This document shows, in pieces, positions 26,507 to 33,857 of a stretch of 48,722 nucleotides of DNA. The first letter of the stretch is position 1. Every line of letters begins with the position of its first letter. The DNA is taken from assembly GCA_902796205.1 (NCBI GenBank), contig CADBOE010000053.1:1-48722 (forward strand), written 5' to 3'. This DNA is from an uncultured Ruminococcus sp. (GTDB lineage Bacteria > Bacillota > Clostridia > UBA1212 > UBA1255). The position numbers and the translations under genes were made by a program. The notes beneath the pieces were generated by a model that was not told the origin of the DNA, searched no databases, and saw only the letters and a program-made list of their open reading frames with translations.

Positions 26507-28997
26507 TAAGCAAATAAAGAACAAATCAAAGGCTGCGCCTCTTACCGCGGAAGAAAAAGCCGCGAAGAAGCTCCAGAAAAAATTTGACAGAGTCGACAAG
26601 AAATTCTCCTGGCTCACCGTGGTCAAGATCGTCGTTCCGCTCGTCGTGATCGCGATCATCGTCTTCGTTCTCATCAAGGCGGCCTTCGGAAACAGCAAGA
26701 ATATCAAATTCGACACTTCGTCCTTCTCGAAATCCGACGCGTCGCCGGTGGATACTTCGAAGGGGATCAACGGTCAGCTGCTTTCCGATTCCGGTATGAC
26801 GATATTCGCCGACAACGGAAAGCTGCGCCTCGGCTACTCTCCCAGAGACGACCTGTTCATCATACAGGACCTTTCGTCCGGAAGAGTTTTCAGGAGCTAT
26901 CCCGAGCCGCTGCATTCCGATCCCGGCGCTGAAGACAACGCCGAAGCCGAAGCCGATCTCGCTCTCTATTCCAGAAGCACCGAGACAGGGCAGATCATCA
27001 CTTCCCCCGTGTTTATCGAATACACGAAATCCGGTATGGAAGGCGGATTCACCAAAGGCATAAATCAGATGACGCAGCTGACGAAGACCGTTTATTTCAT
27101 CAAGGACGGCGTCCAGCTCGTATATGACGTCGGCGATCTCGATCTGAGCTTTGCGGTCGAGATCACTATCGAGGACAATTCTCTCGTATATAAGATCCCG
27201 TTCAACGAGATCAAGGAAAGGGAGACTCTTTACGGCGAGGAAAGCGACAGGAGACCCTTCCTGTGCGCCCTTTCGGTCCTGCCTTATCTCGGAGCCCACA
27301 GGAACGGCGATTCCGGTTTCTTCGTGACTCCCGACGGCTCCGGATCGCTGACTTACTTCGACGTTGCCCGCGTTTCGAACTATACCGAGTATTCGAAGAA
27401 GATCTACGGCACGGACGTCACTTTCGACTCGCTCGACGCTCCCGATTACAGTAACGAACTGCTGACGATGGGCGCGTACGGCATCGTTGACGACGAATAC
27501 ATGCTCACCTCGTTCATCGATACGGCTGAGGCGAACGCGGAGCTCAAGATCGGTAATCCCGGCGTCAGAAGCCTTCCGTTCTACAACATCTACTTCGAGT
27601 TTACGTACAGGTATTTCTACCGTATGCAGATGTCCAAGGACGGCACCCAGTATCAGATGGTCATAAAGGATCAGCAGATAGGCGACGCCGTTCAGCACGT
27701 GTACTTCGATTCGAAGCCCGGATTCACTCCTGAAGAGGGGAAGGAGACCGCGCATACATACGTCGATGTCGCTCTCAAAACGCGCGAACTGCTGCTCGCA
27801 AAATGGAAGAATCAGTGGGGCGTGGAAGGGAAGAGCGTAACGGATGCCGAGCCTCCGCTGAATCTCAGGTTCTTCATGGGAGCACAGACGAGCTCCGGCG
27901 GCATACTCAACCAGCTCAAGGTGACCACGACGTTCAACGACGTCAGAAATATCACGGATGAGCTCGGAACGGAAGGCTTGAACGACATGAGGCTCACGCT
28001 TCTCGGCTGGACGAAGGGCGGCTATTTCTGGAATGCGACAAAGAAGAACAAAGTCGATTCGAAATTCGGAGGCAAGAGCGGCCTCAGATCGCTGAACGCC
28101 TGGGCGGCGGACAAAAATCTGTCTCTCGCTCTCGACAACAACCTCCTTTACATCTACGGCAATCCGTCCTCCGGAGCGACGCTCAGAAATTCGGTCGTAA
28201 AGAAGCCCAACACGTTCTATCTTGACTTCTATACGAATACGACGTTCGGACGCCTTTACCGGAGCGGTTATTACATGAGCCCCGTTTACTACAACAACAA
28301 GCTCATCGGAAAGCAGATCTCGAACCTCAGGAGCTACGGCACGGAAAACGTCGCTCTCCAGCAGCTCGGCGACGTTCTTTACACGGACTACAACGAAAAG
28401 AACGCGCTTACGAGAGCTCAGTCCCAGGCGATGTACGTCGAATGGATAAAGAAATACCGCGAGAATTTCGATCACGTATCGGTGTACAGCGGCAACGACT
28501 ACGCCGTTGCCTTCGCGGATACGGTCGACAATATCCCGATGAACAAGTCTTCGAGGATCATCCTTGACGAGCAGATTCCGTTCATCCAGATCGTATATCA
28601 CGGGCTTGTCGAATATTACGCCAGTCCTCTCAATATGCAGGACAGACCCGACGTGGCTCTTCTCAGGGCTCTCGAATACGGAGCAAACGTTTCGTACGAG
28701 ATCACGAACGAGGAGATCAACCTGCTGATGTATACCAACTACGTGTTCCTTTACAAGGGACAGTACACGCTGCTCAAGGACGAGATCATCAATTCGTACA
28801 AGGCCGTCAGCGAGGCTGTGAAGCCTTTCACGACTCAGTCGATCAAAGACCACAGAAGGATAGAGCCTTACGTGGACGTGTTCTGCACGGAATATTCGGG
28901 CGGAGCCAGGGTTTACGTGAACTATACCGGTTCCGATTACACGCTGCCTGACGGTAACGTTGTGAAGTCCATGAATTATCTCGTGGTCAATGCTTAA
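26499..28997 (+). CDS. N-terminally anchored extracytoplasmic protein, DUF5696-like, possible glycoside-hydrolase-like fold (832 aa)
   Basis: The TTG start has AAGGAG 10 nt upstream and overlaps the previous stop by 8 nt. The product has a Lys-rich cytoplasmic tail, the TM VVKIVVPLVVIAIIVFVLI and a ~770-aa ectodomain. The family name is from memory of similarly arranged loci and was not searched. Confidence 0.6.
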   Translation: MSDKQIKNKSKAAPLTAEEKAAKKLQKKFDRVDKKFSWLTVVKIVVPLVVIAIIVFVLIKAAFGNSKNIKFDTSSFSKSDASPVDTSKGINGQLLSDSGMTIFADNGKLRLGYSPRDDLFIIQDLSSGRVFRSYPEPLHSDPGAEDNAEAEADLALYSRSTETGQIITSPVFIEYTKSGMEGGFTKGINQMTQLTKTVYFIKDGVQLVYDVGDLDLSFAVEITIEDNSLVYKIPFNEIKERETLYGEESDRRPFLCALSVLPYLGAHRNGDSGFFVTPDGSGSLTYFDVARVSNYTEYSKKIYGTDVTFDSLDAPDYSNELLTMGAYGIVDDEYMLTSFIDTAEANAELKIGNPGVRSLPFYNIYFEFTYRYFYRMQMSKDGTQYQMVIKDQQIGDAVQHVYFDSKPGFTPEEGKETAHTYVDVALKTRELLLAKWKNQWGVEGKSVTDAEPPLNLRFFMGAQTSSGGILNQLKVTTTFNDVRNITDELGTEGLNDMRLTLLGWTKGGYFWNATKKNKVDSKFGGKSGLRSLNAWAADKNLSLALDNNLLYIYGNPSSGATLRNSVVKKPNTFYLDFYTNTTFGRLYRSGYYMSPVYYNNKLIGKQISNLRSYGTENVALQQLGDVLYTDYNEKNALTRAQSQAMYVEWIKKYRENFDHVSVYSGNDYAVAFADTVDNIPMNKSSRIILDEQIPFIQIVYHGLVEYYASPLNMQDRPDVALLRALEYGANVSYEITNEEINLLMYTNYVFLYKGQYTLLKDEIINSYKAVSEAVKPFTTQSIKDHRRIEPYVDVFCTEYSGGARVYVNYTGSDYTLPDGNVVKSMNYLVVNA

Positions 28998-29011
28998 GGG
29001 AGGGATTCAAA

Positions 29012-29905
29012 TTGGCAAAGAAACCCGTTAAATATAAGAAAAAGCTTGCTCATAAGGCTACGATCAAATTCGGGTCTTTCGAGCGGCGCCGCGGGCTTGA
29101 AGGATGGGCCTTCTCGCTTCCGTGGATAGTCGGATTCATATTGCTTATGATTCTGCCGCTTTTCCTTTCCATCAGGACGAGCTTCTTCGAGACGAAGCTC
29201 ACCGACCCGTTCGGCTTCGACGGAAACAGTATGTTCGTCGGATTCGACAACTACGTCGAGGTGGTAAAGGATCCCGCGTACGGCGAAGTCGTGTTCAACT
29301 CGTTCCTCACCTCGCTCTACAAGGTTCCGGTCGTGGTTGCCTTCGCTCTGTTCGTGGCGGTGCTCCTTAAGCAGAATTTCCCGGGAAGAACGATCTTCCG
29401 CGTGATATTCTTCATACCCGTCATTCTTGCCGGCGTTATCATGTCGTACCTGTTCAGCGACAGCGTGGGTTCGATAAGCGTATTCTCCACGCTGACCTCA
29501 TCGCAGACGTTCGGCTTCGTTTACAAGATATTCGGAAACGAGATCATCTCGCAGATCGGTACGATCATGTGGGCGAGCAGCGTCGAGATACTTATCTTCC
29601 TTGCGGCTCTGCAGAGCGTTCCGGCGATCCTCTACGAAGTCGTCGAGCTCGACGGAGCCACCGCATGGGAATCGTTCTGGCACGTTACGCTTCCTTACGT
29701 TTCTCCGTTCGTCATACTGAACTGCATCTACGCTCTGGTCGATACGTTCGTTGACGCGAGAAATCCGGTTATGAACCTGCTGAGCACCCTTAACGCAGCC
29801 GGCAACAAATATGGCGTTGCGGCCGCGCTCAGCTGGATGTACATGCTGGCGACGCTCCTGGTTATTCTCATCTTCATTCTGCTGACAAAGAGGTGGTTGC
29901 GATGA
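29012..29905 (+). CDS. Carbohydrate ABC transporter permease (second system, MalF-like)
   Basis: TTG start with AAGGGAGGG upstream. EAA loop ILYEVVELDGATAWESFWHVTLPYV. Confidence 0.85.
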   Translation: MAKKPVKYKKKLAHKATIKFGSFERRRGLEGWAFSLPWIVGFILLMILPLFLSIRTSFFETKLTDPFGFDGNSMFVGFDNYVEVVKDPAYGEVVFNSFLTSLYKVPVVVAFALFVAVLLKQNFPGRTIFRVIFFIPVILAGVIMSYLFSDSVGSISVFSTLTSSQTFGFVYKIFGNEIISQIGTIMWASSVEILIFLAALQSVPAILYEVVELDGATAWESFWHVTLPYVSPFVILNCIYALVDTFVDARNPVMNLLSTLNAAGNKYGVAAALSWMYMLATLLVILIFILLTKRWLR

Positions 29906-30912
29906 AGGCATTTTTCGGAAAAATCGTAGGGAAGATCAAGGGCCTTATCGATAAATACAAAAGTCTCGGCTACCGGGCCAAGAAAAAGATCAGATTTATC
30001 ATAGGCAGAGTCTTCCTGTATTTCGTGCTTATCGAACTGGCGTATCTGTTCATACTGCCGTTCATATACATCTTCACCACTTCGATGATGAGCTATCAGG
30101 ACTATCTGGATCCCACCGTCAAGTGGATCCCCACAAGTATTCACTGGAAGAACTACTCCGACGCCTTCAAGGGTCTTTCGTACTTCGGAATGTTCAAGGG
30201 TGATTCCGGCGACAAGGTATTCATGTCGTCCTTCCTCAACACGTGCATTACGTCGTTCGGAAGCGCGATATTCCAGAGTATTTCGTGCGCCATTATCGGA
30301 TACGCTCTCGGAAGATTCAAGTTCAAGGGCAGGAATATCGTATTCCTTACGGTTATCCTCGCCCTGCTGATCCCGCCCCAGACGATGATCATCGCCACGT
30401 ACGGAATCTGGTCGAAGCTCGGCATGATCAACACGTTTATGCCCATATTGCTGCCCACGCTCTTCGGACTCGGTATCCGCGGCGGACTGTTCGCGCTCAT
30501 CTACATGTATTTCTTCCAGAGGATACCGGACGCGATGGACGATGCCGCGAGAATTGACGGCGCCGGACCGTTCCGCGTATTCCTCCAGATAATGCTTCCT
30601 CTTGTGAGATCGGCTATCGCGATAGTATTCATTTTCTCTTTCGTGTGGCACTGGAACGACAACTATGAAGCTCCGATGTATATGTACAGAGACAGGATGC
30701 TCACGCTTCAGCCCAAGCTCCAGCATATCAAACAGTATTTCGCCGATCTGATGGGCGATACCGGTTCGGATTCCGACCCGATCAGGAAGGCCATGTCCGA
30801 ACCGACCCTTTTCGCAGGCTGCCTTCTGGTCCTGCTTCCCGTGCTGATCGTATTCATCGTGGGGCAGAAGAAGCTCGCGGCCGGTATCGAACGTATCGGC
30901 GTTATCGAGTAA
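29902..30912 (+). CDS. Carbohydrate ABC transporter permease (second system, MalG-like)
   Basis: The ATG at 29902 overlaps the upstream stop (ATGA). EAA loop MDDAARIDGAGPFRVFLQIMLPLV. Confidence 0.85.
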   Translation: MKAFFGKIVGKIKGLIDKYKSLGYRAKKKIRFIIGRVFLYFVLIELAYLFILPFIYIFTTSMMSYQDYLDPTVKWIPTSIHWKNYSDAFKGLSYFGMFKGDSGDKVFMSSFLNTCITSFGSAIFQSISCAIIGYALGRFKFKGRNIVFLTVILALLIPPQTMIIATYGIWSKLGMINTFMPILLPTLFGLGIRGGLFALIYMYFFQRIPDAMDDAARIDGAGPFRVFLQIMLPLVRSAIAIVFIFSFVWHWNDNYEAPMYMYRDRMLTLQPKLQHIKQYFADLMGDTGSDSDPIRKAMSEPTLFAGCLLVLLPVLIVFIVGQKKLAAGIERIGVIE

Positions 30913-30928
30913 GAAAGGATAAAGTTTT

Positions 30929-32368
30929 ATGAAAAAGAATTTTATTCGTACAATCTGCCTGTTTACCGCGATCCTGCTTGCGGTCGTCGCTTTCGCCGGC
31001 TGCAGCGGAGGAAAGGGCGGCGAGGAGGCCACCACGTCCGTCTATTCGACGCCTAAGCCGTCTCCGAAGGAGCTCGGCGGAATGGTGACTCTTTCAACTT
31101 ACCGCACGGCGGCAAACGACACGTCGGCGTTCATGTTCATCCAGGAATACGTTCTTCAGTATCCCGGCGTCGAGATAACGAACGACAATGAGTTTTCCTA
31201 TCAGCAGTATTTCGATACTCTCGACGAGAGAGTCGAGAACGGCACCATAGGGGACGTTTTCCTCGTCGATTCCGACAGACTCGCGAAATACGTCGAGAAG
31301 GGATACGTCATGGACCTTTCTCCGTACTGCACGGGTCTCGTCGAATACACGAGCGGCAACTTCAGAAAGCTCTATCCGGATTCCGACTTTTTCAAGGCCG
31401 CGTACCAGGATTCGCTTTACGAAAACAGGCTTTATATGATACCGACGGAATACGAAAACAAAGCCGTGCTGATCAATCTCGAGCTTTTTGAAAAGGCCGG
31501 TCTTTCCGTGCCTTCGGACAAATGGACGTGGGACGACGTGCTTGAATACGCGAGGATCCTGAAGGACAACGGCGTCGAGAAACCGATCTCCATGGATTAC
31601 ACAGACTTCTCCGTCTGGGGAGCGTTCGCTCTCGGCGGCGGAGGCGATCTGTTCAAGGTTTACGATGAAAAAACGGGAGCGACAAAGCTGAATCTCACCG
31701 ATCCCCGGGTTTCCTCCGGTCTCAAGACGCTCGCTTCCGATTTCATCGCGGGCGGCTTCATCGCCGACAAGATTCCTTCCGAGCTTACGTCCGACGAGCT
31801 CAGAAAAACAGCCATCACGGTCGTTTCCCATTCCGATCTTCAGAACTGGAACGACCTTCTGACCGACGAGACTTTTTCGTGGGAATTTGCCCATTTTCCG
31901 AGATTCGCCGGTGAGGACAACGGCGAAGAAACCGAGTATTACCGCAATATCGGCGTCAAAACGCTCGGTCTGGCCGTGCGCAACCGCGAATACGATCCCG
32001 AGGACTACTCCGAGGAAGAGATCCTGATGGAAAACGAGATCCGGGTTCAGCTCGCTCTTTACGCGCTCGTGCCCGAGGCGGCCGTGGCTCTGGCCGGAAC
32101 GACGGGCCACCGCGTGCCTGCTCTCATCTCCGCAAATTCGATGCGTTTCTGGAGAGAATATCCGCTGTCCGGCAAAAACACTTCCGTGTTCTCGCTCTAC
32201 AGCGATTCCGATTACGCGGCCTCTCTTTCCGCGCATATGATCATCGACGCGGCGGACGAGCTCGGCGATTCTGTCGGCGAGGCGATACTGAGCTATTCCA
32301 GGGACGGCTCGGTCCCGATCGACTCGCTGCTCCAGAAGATACAGGACAACGTTAATTCCAATTGGTGA
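30929..32368 (+). CDS. ABC transporter extracellular solute-binding lipoprotein (family 1)
   Basis: Lipobox VAFAGCSGG. The 479-aa length and composition are typical of sugar SBPs (DVFLVDSDRLAKYVEKGYVMDL, WTWDDVLEYA). Confidence 0.8.
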   Translation: MKKNFIRTICLFTAILLAVVAFAGCSGGKGGEEATTSVYSTPKPSPKELGGMVTLSTYRTAANDTSAFMFIQEYVLQYPGVEITNDNEFSYQQYFDTLDERVENGTIGDVFLVDSDRLAKYVEKGYVMDLSPYCTGLVEYTSGNFRKLYPDSDFFKAAYQDSLYENRLYMIPTEYENKAVLINLELFEKAGLSVPSDKWTWDDVLEYARILKDNGVEKPISMDYTDFSVWGAFALGGGGDLFKVYDEKTGATKLNLTDPRVSSGLKTLASDFIAGGFIADKIPSELTSDELRKTAITVVSHSDLQNWNDLLTDETFSWEFAHFPRFAGEDNGEETEYYRNIGVKTLGLAVRNREYDPEDYSEEEILMENEIRVQLALYALVPEAAVALAGTTGHRVPALISANSMRFWREYPLSGKNTSVFSLYSDSDYAASLSAHMIIDAADELGDSVGEAILSYSRDGSVPIDSLLQKIQDNVNSNW

Positions 32369-32379
32369 TTTTCCGGGTA

Positions 32380-32412
32380 TTGACAAATAGCAAAAAAATA
32401 GTATAGTATAAT
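32380..32412 (+). promoter_or_regulatory. Internal near-consensus promoter ahead of the last SBP gene
   Basis: TTGACA (32380-32385), 16 nt, TATAGT (32402-32407), overlapping a TATAAT at 32407-32412. It lies in the only long (72-nt) intercistronic gap of the operon. Confidence 0.55.
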
Positions 32413-32440
32413 CTGCAACTAACAAATGGAGGTATGTTTG

Positions 32441-33775
32441 ATGAAGAAGACTACGATAAAACTGGTTTCGCTTGTATTGGCGGTACTGTTTGCAGTAGGA
32501 TTAGCGGCCTGTACGAAGGCCCCCATCAGGGACGGCGTTGTTACGCTTCCGCCCGAAGGCCAGGAGTGTGAAGTAAAGGGAAGTATTAAATTCTCCTACA
32601 GTCCCGGAGCATCCAGTGAGGACTCCAGAAACGCTGCGAATGCGTTCATCGAGTCGTTTAACAGGAAATATCCCGACGTGAGCGTTTCACGCGATTTTTC
32701 CGCTTCTGATGCGAGTACGCGTATCTCGAGCGGCGACATCGGTGACGTTTTCTATTTTGCCGAAGTCAGCGCTTACAACTATGCAGTGACTCAGAACGCT
32801 CTTATGCCTCTCGAGTACTACATGCAGGTCCTCGAGATCGACCGCGGCGACGTATTCAGCGGTATATTCGATGCCGGACTTATCAATAACCATCTTTACT
32901 ACGTTGCCCGTGACTTCAACCAGATCCTTTTCATCTATAACGCGAGCCAGGTGAACTCCAAGGCTCTCACGAATCAGATCGTTCCCGAGTGGACCTGGGC
33001 TCAGTTCCTTGATCTCTGCGCGCAGCTTACCGACGACGACTATTACGGAGCCAGCCTGAATCTTCCTTACGCACCCGTATTCATTCCGTTCCTTGAAGCT
33101 TACAGCGGACGCGGAAGGTGGTTCGATCTTCGCGACAAGAAAGTGGATCTGACCAGCGGCGACACGCTCAAAGCTCTGAACGAGGCTATCGACGCCTGCA
33201 AGAAGGGCCATCTGAACCTCGGCCTCAGCTCCGGCGATCTCTTCAACAACAAGGAAGCCGTGTTCAACTATCTCGTTTACCCGACCATCAACTCCACGGC
33301 TCAGACCTACGATTCGAAGGCTGTCGAATGGGATCTTATCAATCTTCCTCTCTTCCCGACTCCTTCCTTCGGAGCAGGTTCCTCCGGTGTAGGCGTGTTC
33401 AACCGTACTTCGAATCCTGACGCAGCGGCCGCGTTCGCCCTTCATTTCTACACTCAGGACGGACAGCGCGCGTTCAACGGTCAGACCGGCGGTTCCGTTC
33501 CGCTGCTTGCTTCTCTTAAGGATGACGATTTCTGGAAGCATCCGAACGACGAGTGGAGCGGCAAGAACTGGGATGCCTGCGTTTACAAGGCCGAGGATTA
33601 CGCTACCGTAGGACAGTTCGCGTGCATCCTTCCTCCCGAGATTTCTTCTCTCTTTGATTCGTCCGCGCTTCTTCAGATTCTCAACAGAGCCCTTTCCGGC
33701 CAGCAGAGCCTTGAAGACGGAATGGCGGCGCTGGAGACCAAGGTGAACGGCAAGTGGACCTCGATCAGCGGCTGA
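32441..33775 (+). CDS. ABC transporter extracellular solute-binding lipoprotein (family 1), second copy
   Basis: The start is MKKTTIKLVSLVLAVLFAVGLAACTK (lipobox LAAC) with GGAGG 8 nt upstream. SBP-like motifs include DVFYFAEVSAYNYAV and WTWAQFLDLCAQL. Confidence 0.85.
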   Translation: MKKTTIKLVSLVLAVLFAVGLAACTKAPIRDGVVTLPPEGQECEVKGSIKFSYSPGASSEDSRNAANAFIESFNRKYPDVSVSRDFSASDASTRISSGDIGDVFYFAEVSAYNYAVTQNALMPLEYYMQVLEIDRGDVFSGIFDAGLINNHLYYVARDFNQILFIYNASQVNSKALTNQIVPEWTWAQFLDLCAQLTDDDYYGASLNLPYAPVFIPFLEAYSGRGRWFDLRDKKVDLTSGDTLKALNEAIDACKKGHLNLGLSSGDLFNNKEAVFNYLVYPTINSTAQTYDSKAVEWDLINLPLFPTPSFGAGSSGVGVFNRTSNPDAAAAFALHFYTQDGQRAFNGQTGGSVPLLASLKDDDFWKHPNDEWSGKNWDACVYKAEDYATVGQFACILPPEISSLFDSSALLQILNRALSGQQSLEDGMAALETKVNGKWTSISG

Positions 33776-33781
33776 TAAGAC

Positions 33782-33810
33782 TTGATAAGCCTTAACCGGT
33801 AGTTTATAAT
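33782..33810 (+). promoter_or_regulatory. Near-consensus promoter abutting the operon terminator
   Basis: TTGATA (33782-33787), 17 nt, TATAAT (33805-33810). The -10 ends 1 nt before the terminator stem. Confidence 0.5.
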
Positions 33811-33838
33811 AGGACCTGCTCAATGCAGGTCCTTTTTA
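33811..33838 (+). terminator. Intrinsic terminator of the transporter operon
   Basis: Perfect 9-bp stem AGGACCTGC / GCAGGTCCT with a 5-nt loop, running into TTTTT. Confidence 0.75.
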
Positions 33839-33857
33839 ATGAGAGGAGATCGTGATT

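Noticed and set aside
26526-28853. 775-aa minus-strand ORF, with the similar 603-aa ORF at 24959-26770
   Set aside because: Both lie antisense to the DUF5696-like and NHL-Yip1 genes. Their products are Arg/Val/Asp/Glu/Leu-rich and low in complexity (for example MVFDRLSRERLHSLADGLVRIDDLVLEQRV), with no RBS or motifs. The plus-strand products have signal/TM segments and repeats. They are GC3-driven shadow ORFs.
29728-33823. Three long minus-strand ORFs (29728-31035, 31094-32425, 32687-33823)
   Set aside because: They are antisense to the permease and SBP genes, which carry EAA loops and lipoboxes. None has a plausible start context. They are shadow ORFs.
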